Source: a virus
Length of the DNA stretch: 64,000 bases
Direction: 5' to 3' (one strand)
IMG/VR virus record: IMGVR_UViG_3300035506_000303
The position numbers and the translations under genes are program-made. This document shows, one piece after another, positions 41,274 through 50,873 of the stretch (position 1 is the stretch's first letter; each line of letters starts with the position of its first letter). The notes beneath the pieces were generated by a model, which saw nothing but the letters and a program-made list of their open reading frames with translations, was not told the DNA's origin and ran no database searches.

Positions 41274-42974
41274 CTACATCGCAGCTAGTAATGCTTCTTT
41301 TAATTCTTTTGCTGATTGAAAACGGTCTTCTGGTTTATTTGATAATGCTTTCTCAATGATTGCATCAAGTTCCTCAGATACTTGTGAATTTAATTCTTTG
41401 GTATGGGGTCTGTCTACCATAATACCACGCATATTTACATATCTTGAAATATTATCGCTTGTTAAAGCATAATACATGACAGCACCAATAGAGAAAATAT
41501 CAGAACGAGTATCTAACGGGGAATCCGTATAATAAACCTCGGGTGCGGCGAAACCTGGTGTACCAGCATATTTTGCCCTAGTATTACATTCTTTGCCATC
41601 ATACCGTACTAAATCTGCAACATCAAAATCTACAAGAGTAATAGAATTATTGTATCCGACTATTATATCTCTTGGTTTAATCGAATTAGATATAACCTTA
41701 TACTGCTTACTTGTTGTATTATGTAGATAATCTACAATATCGCATACTTGCAACATAATGTCATAAAAATCGTGCAGTTCCAAAACGCCTTTCGTAATCA
41801 CATAGTCAAACAAAGATTCACCAGCAACATAATTTAAAACGAGATAATCAGCATCATTCTCCTGAAAATAATCAATCATATGTGGTAAACAATTATGATG
41901 CAGCACAGACAACACTCGTTTTTCCTGTGCCAGAGCATTTTTGTCAGCTTCTTTCACAAATACACATTGCTCGGTTTTAGTATCCCACATTTCATATGCG
42001 TGACTATGACCTGCTAAAATAGTCTTCCAGCAAGTATATCTATTGTTGCAAACTTTACGACCAATAAGCAGCCGATTCCTGAATCGAATTCCTTTTTTTG
42101 AATCTTGTATAAAATAATCACAAGTTGCTTTCAGAATTGCCTTTCTAAACTCACCTACTGTCTGATATCTATCTTCCGGCTTTGGTGACATAGCCTTAAT
42201 CACAATGTCATCTAATGGACTTGGTATATCCACATAGAATCTACTTGGCCTATACAGATAACTAGGTTGCATACTTCCGTCTGATTTCACATATTTAGAG
42301 GGCATATCGCCTGTTAGCATATAATAATACATAGCACCTAAAGAAAATATATCAGAACTAATTTCTACTGCCTGTCCCTTTTTATATAATTCTGGTGCTG
42401 TGTACCCAGGTGTACCTACTGTCTTCGTAAGAATAGCATTATGCTTATCATCAAGTGGCACAGAATAGCTAAAATCTCCAAAATAGAATTCGCCGTTTTT
42501 TCCTAAAATAATATTCTGAGGAGCCAGCTCTCGATATACAATAGCGGGCTTACTATCTGTTTCTGTATGCAAATACTCCATAATATCGCACAATTGAAGT
42601 ATGTATTGAGTTGCTTTTTTAGGAGGAATACGCTCTGTTGTGTGCATAAACTCATCAATTGTGTATCCTTCAACAAAATCTAGTAAAAGATAAGTGGCAT
42701 CCTCATCTTGTTCAATATAATGCATACAAAGAATATTTGGATGGTGTAAACCGCCCATAATTTGTGCACCAGATACAAGCATTTCCTGCTCAAAATTAGA
42801 GATTTCATCATCCTCTATTTTGACAACCCTTTTTGCAAAAAGATATCGTTTTAAACTTGCATCATATACTTTATAGACACCGCCACACCATGCAGCAGGA
42901 AACCTACTAACGACTGTATACTTACCATTACAAATACAGTCACCTTCTGTTAGAAATGTATTGTATGTTCTCAT
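41274..42974 (-). CDS. Tandem two-domain Ser/Thr kinase-like protein; both domains degenerate
   Basis: Two GTPG(Y/F).APE and SDIFS(L/I)G blocks; catalytic loops YRELAPQN and SNSIKPRD; DFS and DFD instead of DFG. Confidence 0.85.
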   Translation of the reverse strand: MRTYNTFLTEGDCICNGKYTVVSRFPAAWCGGVYKVYDASLKRYLFAKRVVKIEDDEISNFEQEMLVSGAQIMGGLHHPNILCMHYIEQDEDATYLLLDFVEGYTIDEFMHTTERIPPKKATQYILQLCDIMEYLHTETDSKPAIVYRELAPQNIILGKNGEFYFGDFSYSVPLDDKHNAILTKTVGTPGYTAPELYKKGQAVEISSDIFSLGAMYYYMLTGDMPSKYVKSDGSMQPSYLYRPSRFYVDIPSPLDDIVIKAMSPKPEDRYQTVGEFRKAILKATCDYFIQDSKKGIRFRNRLLIGRKVCNNRYTCWKTILAGHSHAYEMWDTKTEQCVFVKEADKNALAQEKRVLSVLHHNCLPHMIDYFQENDADYLVLNYVAGESLFDYVITKGVLELHDFYDIMLQVCDIVDYLHNTTSKQYKVISNSIKPRDIIVGYNNSITLVDFDVADLVRYDGKECNTRAKYAGTPGFAAPEVYYTDSPLDTRSDIFSIGAVMYYALTSDNISRYVNMRGIMVDRPHTKELNSQVSEELDAIIEKALSNKPEDRFQSAKELKEALLAAM

Positions 42975-43005
42975 ATAATTTCACTCCTTATCTATGTTTA
43001 AAATA

Positions 43006-43457
43006 CTAATAAAGAACAGTATCCAACTGCATCTTTGCAGGCAAAGACTTATACAACCTAATCAAATCAGTTTCTAATTCCTTAATAGAGCCATACCTCT
43101 TGGAAAGGTCATACGTTGTTGCTTTTTGCAAAATCTCATTCAATGTCTTTGTCTGAGATTTAATATGCCATTCTGATAAACATACTGGAACATACAATGT
43201 ATCACTGGCATATGGTGATGCATAGACACATTTACCTGTTAAAAGTAAATAAAACAGAGCCCCTACGGAATATACGTCCATTTGCTTATATGCAGTAAGC
43301 ATATCTTGATTGAAATTATCAATACTATTATTGATTGTTTCGTGAAAATATGGCTGCGTGCAGCAATTTTGTGTATACAACATAGGCATACCATCAATAA
43401 GTTTATCTTTATTTACAAGAACAGCATTCTCAAAACCAGTAAGATATAGCACAGTAG
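43006..43457 (-). pseudogene. 3' half of a kinase-like gene interrupted by IS607
   Basis: LYLTGFENA (DFG position), DVYSVGALFYLLLTG, KRYGSIKEL C-lobe motifs; same reading frame as the 5' half at 46054-46530. Confidence 0.75.
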
Positions 43458-43616
43458 CAGTTTATGCAGAAAAATAAGAACCGAAGCTCTTACCCTTCTA
43501 CACGGGTACCTACGTTGACCATAACTAATAACAGTTATGTCTAACATTGCTTATAGAAATCCTCTGGCTCCTAAAAAGTTATTAGATACCGTTATTAGTT
43601 ATTTGTTAATATGTAA
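43458..43616 (-). ncRNA. Putative TnpB omega-RNA (reRNA) scaffold at the IS right end
   Basis: 12-bp perfect stem 43521-43532/43591-43602; TACCC/GGGTA stem; UAAGAGC-UUCG-GUUCUUA hairpin near the end; position as known for TnpB elements. Confidence 0.6.
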
Positions 43617-45275
43617 TTACAAACTATTTTCACTAGTTTGCTTTTTTGTAGTTTCATTCTTTTTCATATATTCTGATACATCATATTGTCTAAACATTGC
43701 TCTATAAGCAATAACTAATGCAGCAGCTTGATGTTTACTGATTTTTTTCTTTTTAGCATACATTTTTTCTCCAATTTGTGTTGTATAAGCAGGTGATACA
43801 ATAAATAGCTTTACATTTTGCTTAGAACATTTAGATTCAAAAGCAGCTCTATATCTTCTAGTAGCAAAATTATGTAATATTCTATTCATAGCAGATGTGT
43901 TGGTTTTATTTTGCTTCTTGGTAGTAAAGTCTAAGTCTTCTATTGAAATACCGTAATTCAGCTTTTTAGCTTCTTCTACTATGGTATTAATAGCTTGCAT
44001 AAGTGTTTTGGTATTTGTATATGAATTTTCTTCTGTTGTGAATACAATATCTTCATTTCTTATGCAACTTCTTTTTTTGTTTACATAAGAAGTACTTAAA
44101 AACCCATTGTTCATATCAACACCTATCATACCATCTAAGCCAGTTTTTCTAAAATAGCCTTTACTTACAATATCATATTGTTTATTCACAATAGCAGCTT
44201 TCTTTGTACCTAACTCTTTAAATTCTCTTGAATTAGGTGCAATTGTACAGTTTCTTTGCATTGTTACATCTAAATACCAAGATTTATTCTTTAAACTCTT
44301 TTTGAACTTATAAAGAATAGCTTGATTATTATTTTGTAATAATGTATTCAACTCTTCGTTGCAGTAAGGAATTTTAATAACAATGTACCTTGTATTAATG
44401 CTATCATTTTGAAAGATAGATAGACATTTCATAATATAGTAATTGTTACTAGGATTATCTGGATTCACAGGATATAGTTTAATAAGACGATTACCTTGTT
44501 CTTCATTTAAAGAACCCATTAGTGTAATACATCTATTTCTTTTTAAACGCCAAGCTTCTAACCATTTTGCTCTTCTATTCACATATTTATCATCGTATTG
44601 AGCTTTAAAAAGCTTATGTGTTCCAAAGCAATAATTTGTAATAACATGTGTTTTTAAGATTTCTTCCATCGTTTCTTTACGATGTGTTAGTCTTATTATA
44701 GCCTGTCGTTTTCTGTATATTCGTGTCTTGTAATTATCATTCAACTTACAAGCATCTTTTGGTGGTTTATACCAAGTAGAAATGGCACTGTGAAAACTAA
44801 GTCTTTCTTGCTCTAATTTTTGAATTTCACTATTTAAAGAATCAATTTTCTTTTCTATATTCTTTAAATAAGTTTCTGTTAATTCAAGTTGAGCATCTAT
44901 TATTTGTTTAGCTACAGTAATAGCATCATAAGCAACATTTGCTTTAATTCCTAATTTCTTAGCTAATTCACCACGGTACTTATCCTTTTTGACAGCTTTA
45001 TTTTTACTGAGTTTAACAAATGCCATACGGACAGCTTTATTAAATACTTCACTCGCTTTGTCTAGATAAGGACACATACTTTCGTAACCTTTAAAAGTAT
45101 TTAAAGATTCTAGTATAGCTTCTAAATTTGTAGTTTTCGGTACATTGAAAGGAACATCCGTTATTTTATTAGCATTAACAGCTAATCTATCAAATCTACC
45201 AGAAGTTGTAAATGTAATATCTTTCATATAAGTTTCAATAGCACCACACCATGGTATAGCATAAGTATTTGACAT
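43617..45275 (-). CDS. tnpB: TnpB RNA-guided nuclease (IS607-associated type)
   Basis: RuvC-I IGVDMN, RuvC-II ISIEDLDF, VSPAYTTQIG, HQAAALVIAYR; FGTHKLF motif. Confidence 0.9.
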   Translation of the reverse strand: MSNTYAIPWCGAIETYMKDITFTTSGRFDRLAVNANKITDVPFNVPKTTNLEAILESLNTFKGYESMCPYLDKASEVFNKAVRMAFVKLSKNKAVKKDKYRGELAKKLGIKANVAYDAITVAKQIIDAQLELTETYLKNIEKKIDSLNSEIQKLEQERLSFHSAISTWYKPPKDACKLNDNYKTRIYRKRQAIIRLTHRKETMEEILKTHVITNYCFGTHKLFKAQYDDKYVNRRAKWLEAWRLKRNRCITLMGSLNEEQGNRLIKLYPVNPDNPSNNYYIMKCLSIFQNDSINTRYIVIKIPYCNEELNTLLQNNNQAILYKFKKSLKNKSWYLDVTMQRNCTIAPNSREFKELGTKKAAIVNKQYDIVSKGYFRKTGLDGMIGVDMNNGFLSTSYVNKKRSCIRNEDIVFTTEENSYTNTKTLMQAINTIVEEAKKLNYGISIEDLDFTTKKQNKTNTSAMNRILHNFATRRYRAAFESKCSKQNVKLFIVSPAYTTQIGEKMYAKKKKISKHQAAALVIAYRAMFRQYDVSEYMKKNETTKKQTSENSL

Positions 45276-45296
45276 TTACGAATCTCCTTTCAAATA

Positions 45297-45950
45297 CTAT
45301 TCTGTAAATACTTCATCAATTTTATCTTTAAGCTTCTTAGTGTCTTGTCTTCGTAAACTATATAATTTACCTGAAAAGGAAGCTATTAAAGACATCATAT
45401 CTTCTACAAGTTCTTCTTGATTGGTTTTTGCAAAATCGTCTTTTACTAAAATAATTTTAACATGAAAAACATTAAAATACCTAACAAGATAATCAAATCC
45501 AAATCTTGTTAATCTATCCTTATATGTAATAAATACCCGATTAACTTCATTGTTCTCTATCATCTTGAATAATTTCAGTAAATTCTTTCTATTTTGATTT
45601 AAGCCAGAACCGACATCTTTTAAAATAACTGGTGAATAAAGATTGTAGTCTGCTGTATTCTCTAAAATATAGAGTACTTGCCTATCTAAATCCCCTGTGT
45701 TTTTCTGCTTTTGAGAGGAAACTCTAGCATAGATTACATCCTTTTTTAAGGAATAATCTTGGTAAAGACCTCGTTCTTTACCAACTCTTATTATCTCAGC
45801 TTTTGGTATGTAATGGCGATTATCAATAGTTACTGAATCTATTTTACCATTATGAGTCCAATTATAAAGAGTTCTGGGTTCTATACTCAAAAGTCTTTTA
45901 ACATCTGCTGGCTTGTAAAATTCTTTGTCTAAATCCGAGTCGCTAAACAT
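45297..45950 (-). CDS. tnpA: IS607 transposase (MerR-like HTH + serine recombinase)
   Basis: TLYNW..NGKI HTH; IYARVSS, DLDRQ, DVGSGLN, YKDRLTRFGF, ELVEDMMSLIASFSGKLY. Confidence 0.96.
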   Translation of the reverse strand: MFSDSDLDKEFYKPADVKRLLSIEPRTLYNWTHNGKIDSVTIDNRHYIPKAEIIRVGKERGLYQDYSLKKDVIYARVSSQKQKNTGDLDRQVLYILENTADYNLYSPVILKDVGSGLNQNRKNLLKLFKMIENNEVNRVFITYKDRLTRFGFDYLVRYFNVFHVKIILVKDDFAKTNQEELVEDMMSLIASFSGKLYSLRRQDTKKLKDKIDEVFTE

Positions 45951-45974
45951 ACTAACACCTCTCTTTATGTGTAT

Positions 45975-46004
45975 AGTATAACACTTTTCCTTATTTTATG
46001 TCAA
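45975..46004 (-). promoter_or_regulatory. SigmaA-type promoter for tnpA/tnpB in the IS left end
   Basis: TTGACA-18 bp-TATACT with extended TG. Confidence 0.7.
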
Positions 46005-46053
46005 CACTTGGTAAGAAAATATTGAATATTTTCTTGCTTTTTCATAAAAACTG

Positions 46054-46530
46054 GTTGCTGCTATCTACACCATCAGTGTTGCAGATAATATGTTCGGGTG
46101 AAATGCCCCAATGAGCGACTACAGTTGTACCATCTTCGTACATCAGCCCTTGAAGAGCTTTGCAAAGTTTAAGTATAATAGAAAAAGCGTCAGCTAATGG
46201 TAATCTATTTCCACCGTCTAACTTAGCAGCCATACTTTCACCTTCTATATACGTGGAAACATAAGATAGAAAGTTTTCGTTCTCATGTTTTTCCAGTACT
46301 CTTGGTACATTTGCAGGCATCAATTGAGATTGTATTTCTATATTCCTTTGCAGTATCTTTTCTTGTATTGATGTATCTTTTGCATAAGTTTTGTCTAAAT
46401 AATAGATAAATACAGGCTGCTTTAAATCACAACTTCTCGCCATATAATAATATATAGGGCCTTCATGACTTTTCACTGGCTGCAAGTTCACGTATTTACC
46501 AAACAACAGTTGGTTCTTTTCTAAAACCAT
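46054..46530 (-). pseudogene. 5' half of a kinase-like (pseudokinase) gene interrupted by IS607
   Basis: GAAAGGAG RBS before ATG at 46530 (MVLEKNQLLFGKY); NVPRVL, YIEGES, HWGISPEHII degenerate catalytic loop. Confidence 0.75.
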
Positions 46531-46586
46531 TACTTTAGAAAGCTCCTTTCTAATGAAAAACAAAATACAGTTTTCCCAAAATCTGT

Positions 46587-46626
46587 AAAAAATGGAGCTA
46601 TGCACTTTAATAGTGGATAGCTCCAT
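46587..46626 (-). terminator. Hairpin / probable terminator between kinase genes
   Basis: ATGGAGCTAT...ATAGCTCCAT stem with T-run on the minus strand. Confidence 0.55.
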
Positions 46627-46684
46627 ATTGGCAGTATAGAATGTGCTGCATATCACATTCGAAAACAATTTCTCTCTGTAAGTA

Positions 46685-47383
46685 TTATACCACAGTTCTA
46701 AAATATTCAGTTTGAAATGAAGAGACACTTTTGTATCTCAAATTTTTATCTTTTGATGTGGCTTTTTGATAGATATTGTTAGCAAGCTGCGGGTAAATCT
46801 CCTGTAGCGTACAACCCAATTCATAAATATCAATCCAAATACCCATCTTTGTATTTAGTTCATAAAGTTCAGGCGGTGCAAAACCTGTTGTACCACTAGG
46901 ATATTGCACCTGTGAACCAATTTTTGCTAATGTACCTACGTCAATCAAATGCACAGCACCCGTATTGTCTACAATACAGTTCTTAGGCTTTATATCCCCA
47001 TGAACATACCCTTCTTCATGCAAAGAATTAACTAATTTAAATAGCTGAAGTACTTGCTCCTGTGTGGCTGTTTCAAGCACAGTACCTTCAATATAATCGT
47101 GCAGTGTATACAACTTACCCTTGTATTCTCTTACAAAATAGGTATGCACTACATTTGGTAAATCAACAGTTAAAGCATTTGTATATGCCTGTAAATTTTC
47201 ACTTGTATGTGGAATAATTTTAAGAACATAAACAGAATTTTTTTCATAGATATCTGTCACTTTGAAAACATCATCGCCTAATTCAGCAAGAATCGTATAT
47301 TGTCCTAATAGCATGTCCCCTACAGCATACTTTTGCACTGTCATTTCCCTTAAAGCCTTGGAATTCAAGGAAATTGTTTTCAT
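46685..47383 (-). CDS. Minimal soluble Ser/Thr kinase-like protein (232 aa)
   Basis: VLKI, HGDIKPKN, IDVG, GTTGFAPPE, DIYELG; Gly-rich loop truncated. Confidence 0.85.
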   Translation of the reverse strand: MKTISLNSKALREMTVQKYAVGDMLLGQYTILAELGDDVFKVTDIYEKNSVYVLKIIPHTSENLQAYTNALTVDLPNVVHTYFVREYKGKLYTLHDYIEGTVLETATQEQVLQLFKLVNSLHEEGYVHGDIKPKNCIVDNTGAVHLIDVGTLAKIGSQVQYPSGTTGFAPPELYELNTKMGIWIDIYELGCTLQEIYPQLANNIYQKATSKDKNLRYKSVSSFQTEYFRTVV

Positions 47384-47392
47384 GTGAAAAAC

Positions 47393-48193
47393 CTACTCAA
47401 CAACTTTTATCAAAACAGCTGTGATGTTGTCCCTTTCTCCACGAGCAATGATTTTGCTAATTGTATTAGGCAAATCTTCAATAGCATAACTACCGTCAGG
47501 ATTCTGAATGAAATCTTCGGACTTTAAGTTGTGCCAAAAACCATCAGAACAAACAAGAATCAAATCGCCATAACTGTATTTAAAGGAATATTCGTCTAAA
47601 TATGGATTTTCCTGATACCCTAAACAACGAGTTAATTTACTCTTGTATTTATTCTTTTCCTCATTAGCTTTAATACGCTTATCAGCAGCATCTGGGTCAG
47701 TCAATGGGTCAGCATTCATCCATTCCTTGATTTGCTTATATTCAGCAGTTTCACCATTCAGAACAGTATGGTCTTTAGTAATCTGCTGAATTTTTTTTGT
47801 ATAACAATCATAATGATACACTCGGCTATCACCAATATGATATACCCTGCCTTCGCCACCACTCAGACAAACTGCCGTACAGGTTGTACCGCTGCCACTA
47901 TTCAGCTCGCCACGTTGTCTTCGCTCCATATCTTTCTGAAACCAATTATGTGACTCCTGAAGAATTGCATCACCTAACAGTGGCCAAGAACCATAACTTT
48001 TCATGTAATCTCGCACTACATTTTTGATAGCCATACTGATTTCTTTACCATTCTGCAAACCACCCATTCCGTCACATACACAAGCCATGGCTGTTGTTGT
48101 ACCCTCTATCTCGGCAATGGAAGCCCAAAAACTATCTTGCTGATTTCCACGTACACCACCATCGGAGCAAGCATATAATTTAAAATTCTCCAT
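47393..48193 (-). CDS. PP2C/PPM-family Ser/Thr phosphatase
   Basis: R.NQQD, VCDGMGG, SGTT, HIGDSRVY, TKDHT, CSDG, RDNITAV; ATG at 48193 preferred from RBS spacing. Confidence 0.95.
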   Translation of the reverse strand: MENFKLYACSDGGVRGNQQDSFWASIAEIEGTTTAMACVCDGMGGLQNGKEISMAIKNVVRDYMKSYGSWPLLGDAILQESHNWFQKDMERRQRGELNSGSGTTCTAVCLSGGEGRVYHIGDSRVYHYDCYTKKIQQITKDHTVLNGETAEYKQIKEWMNADPLTDPDAADKRIKANEEKNKYKSKLTRCLGYQENPYLDEYSFKYSYGDLILVCSDGFWHNLKSEDFIQNPDGSYAIEDLPNTISKIIARGERDNITAVLIKVVE

Positions 48194-48216
48194 GCAAAAA
48201 AACACCTTTCTATTTA

Positions 48217-48933
48217 CTAAACGATGCGTAATACTACATCTACAATGGTGATATTATCCCCAATATTCACCACAGTAGGTCTGCCTGGTGCAATAGCAAA
48301 ACCATTCAACTGTGTTGTATTACGACTATTTAAATCTTCTACGTATAAATCTGCACCTTTGTAGAAAAACTTGCAGTGTGTTCTACCAATATTCGTCTTA
48401 TTTGCTTCGGATAAAGCATTCAAAGCATAATTTGTGTTCTTTTTAGAACGCCCAACAATAAAAGGCATACTCTCGGTAAAATTCTGATTAATCTGCACAG
48501 TGTTGCCATTCGTAGAATCTACAAAGCCATGTGGTTTTGTACCACCAAAACCGGATGGGCCTGTCATAGCTACAACGTCATCCGTAGGCGGTTCAACAAC
48601 ACCTCTTGACAACATTCCTGGCGGAAAGTTTGGAAATAAAAAGCCTGCATTTGCAGAAGTGATGCAAACATCTTCTGTATATCTGCTATTCAGCCAATCC
48701 CACAAGTCAAACTCAGGATGTGTATATTTATCAAATACCAAATAGTAATGGCAAGGGAAAGACTGGTCACAATAAATATCTTGAATGTGGTCAATCCTAC
48801 GGCTCATAATAGATATTACTTGCTGGTAAGTATCTATTACGGTAGCAACATCTTGATTTGAAGACAATGTAGTAACTGGTTTTAAATTGGTGTAACGATT
48901 TAATTCACCTACATTTACGTACCCTACACCCAC
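48217..48933 (-). CDS. FHA-domain protein
   Basis: C-terminal IVGRS...IGRTHC...VEDLNSRNTTQLNG...GDNITI FHA signature. Confidence 0.9.
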   Translation of the reverse strand: MGVGYVNVGELNRYTNLKPVTTLSSNQDVATVIDTYQQVISIMSRRIDHIQDIYCDQSFPCHYYLVFDKYTHPEFDLWDWLNSRYTEDVCITSANAGFLFPNFPPGMLSRGVVEPPTDDVVAMTGPSGFGGTKPHGFVDSTNGNTVQINQNFTESMPFIVGRSKKNTNYALNALSEANKTNIGRTHCKFFYKGADLYVEDLNSRNTTQLNGFAIAPGRPTVVNIGDNITIVDVVLRIV

Positions 48934-48949
48934 TCTGATTCCTCTCTTT

Positions 48950-49816
48950 CTATTCTAAGGGCAGTTTCAGCATATCATCATTCAGCCGCTGCTGAACCGC
49001 TTCAATTCTGTCTGCCAAATAATCGTATATATCACCAAAATCTACGCCATTATATCTATACTTCATTTTCTGCCATTTGGTATCAATAGCTATAATTCGG
49101 TCATAATAGCCAGATTTTAGAATTTCTTGCAAAGTCTTGCGGGAAATAATGTTCATGTTTGCTTCAACACTTCTGGTCAAATCTTGGAACTGTTGTGCAA
49201 TAGATTCTAACTCTGCTAAATCGCTTGGGTATTTTCCTCGCCTTTTATAATTTTCAATCAGTCTTTCAATTTTCTGGTCTACGTCAACTTCTAATCTTTC
49301 TCGTTTAGTAAATTCACTGATATTTGCATTGTGCTCATCTTCTACACTTTTCAAAACCACAGTTCTGTCAAAATCGTCATCGTCAGCTGCATGCATACCC
49401 TTTACTGCCTGTGTATTCTCACTATTATTGACAATAGTAGGTACAGGTGTGGCTGATACAGAATTGACAGGTGCAGATGTTGGCACTGTATGTGGCATAT
49501 TCAGTTTGAATTTTGCCAATAACGACTGGTTCGTTACTTTGTTATCTTCAATTACTTTTTTATGCTCCTCATATGCCTGATAATACACTTGCATATCCTG
49601 TTTGTGATTGGCTTCAAACTTTATCTGAGCTAACTCTTGATAAAATTTAATCTTCTCTTGCAAATCGCCAATTATATCATTCAAGATATAATTTTGCCAG
49701 CTAGCATAGTCCAAATTTTCGTCCTCAAGCACCATCCAACTAAATGTAGTTTCAGAGTCCAATTCTTCAACAATATGTACCTTAGAATTAGATTGTGGCT
49801 TGGTTTCATTTTGCAT
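48950..49816 (-). CDS. Hypothetical protein with one acidic DFDRTVVL motif
   Basis: Long ORF adjacent to the FHA gene; D-rich TxxL motif in a linker. Confidence 0.7.
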   Translation of the reverse strand: MQNETKPQSNSKVHIVEELDSETTFSWMVLEDENLDYASWQNYILNDIIGDLQEKIKFYQELAQIKFEANHKQDMQVYYQAYEEHKKVIEDNKVTNQSLLAKFKLNMPHTVPTSAPVNSVSATPVPTIVNNSENTQAVKGMHAADDDDFDRTVVLKSVEDEHNANISEFTKRERLEVDVDQKIERLIENYKRRGKYPSDLAELESIAQQFQDLTRSVEANMNIISRKTLQEILKSGYYDRIIAIDTKWQKMKYRYNGVDFGDIYDYLADRIEAVQQRLNDDMLKLPLE

Positions 49817-49864
49817 AAAATATCACCCGATTCCTATTTTTTTCGCTTTTCTAGTTTCTATACA

Positions 49865-50335
49865 TTATTTCGTAGTTTTTTGTAGTAGTTCCCTTATTTT
49901 ATTATCTAACACTCTTTGTGAATAATCATATTTATCAAGATACTCTTCTAATACTCTTTTTTCTATATCTAATTGCTGTGCACAATCTGATATGCACCAA
50001 TACCATTTACCTAACACATAAAAGCCTTCTGCATTGGATAATACCCAATCTTCTAATTCATCTTTTGTCATTGTCTTTCGCATTCTTCTAAATGTTTTAT
50101 CTTGAATTGATGTCTGACGTAAAAAATCTCTTATACATGTGAACTGGCAGCCTGCCAACTCCATACTTAAATCTTGCTTCTTATAATTCTTTAATACTTT
50201 GTCTAATTCTGCTTTGTCTGGGTACTTCTTCAATAAACCACGTAAATATGTTGTACTGCACCCAATTGCCTTGGATGCATCTGATAAACTTGGATAGGTG
50301 ACATCACCTACTGTCAATTCAATATTATTTGCCAT
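49865..50335 (-). CDS. Small protein with repeated NUMOD1/HTH-like DNA-binding units
   Basis: YPSLSDASKAIG, FTCIRDFLRQTSI, YWCISDCAQQLDI. Confidence 0.5.
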   Translation of the reverse strand: MANNIELTVGDVTYPSLSDASKAIGCSTTYLRGLLKKYPDKAELDKVLKNYKKQDLSMELAGCQFTCIRDFLRQTSIQDKTFRRMRKTMTKDELEDWVLSNAEGFYVLGKWYWCISDCAQQLDIEKRVLEEYLDKYDYSQRVLDNKIRELLQKTTK

Positions 50336-50336
50336 C

Positions 50337-50753
50337 TCAAATTGCCTCCAACTCTATCTCATCAAAAGCATGATATGCCTGAATCAAATACTCCAAGTCT
50401 CTGCTCGTAATACTATCTCTATGCACTGTTTCTCTGCTTACACCTAGCAGCCTTGTGGCAGCAAATGTATATCTTGGCACATCTTCCCCGATATTATTTG
50501 GGCCAAATGTTTCCTTTATTCCAATAGAATCCCCGTCACTATTGTAAAATTCAATGCCTAATGTGGTATTATAATGCATATCCATCATGGAAAGTATCAT
50601 TCGTTCTTTATGATTCAACAGAACTTTCTTATATTGAAAAATATACCCAGCATCTTTTCCTTTGTAACGGCTTACTGTGGCTTCTTGCTCCGGGTATACC
50701 ACACACCCCAACAGAATACCGTCTTCATCAAATAATCTTTTCTCTATAATCAT
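50337..50753 (-). CDS. Hypothetical protein (138 aa)
   Basis: ORF tightly coupled to the downstream gene. Confidence 0.65.
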   Translation of the reverse strand: MIIEKRLFDEDGILLGCVVYPEQEATVSRYKGKDAGYIFQYKKVLLNHKERMILSMMDMHYNTTLGIEFYNSDGDSIGIKETFGPNNIGEDVPRYTFAATRLLGVSRETVHRDSITSRDLEYLIQAYHAFDEIELEAI

Positions 50754-50873
50754 AAATCAAATTGGCGAGCTTTCCCCCCTGTGAGTTCGCCTTTCCTTTC
50801 ATACATTTATTATATAGCAAGATTTTTTATTCTCCAAAAATTGTTTTAGATAAAATAATTGATTGTAATAAAG

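Larger units (their letters stand above)
43458..46053 (-). mobile_element. IS607-family insertion sequence (tnpA + tnpB), ~2.6 kb
   Basis: Serine-recombinase tnpA plus tnpB; ends show imperfect inverted similarity CAGTTT(TT)ATG; flanks are two halves of one kinase-like gene. Confidence 0.88.

Noticed and set aside
45951..46053. IS607 as an IStron (group I intron-IS hybrid) that splices out of the kinase mRNA
   Set aside because: The left end is only ~100 bp and mostly promoter, too short for a group I intron core
46531..46728. N-terminal extension of the 46042..46728 ORF
   Set aside because: Spans a terminator-like hairpin and overlaps the upstream gene; a strong RBS supports the ATG at 46530
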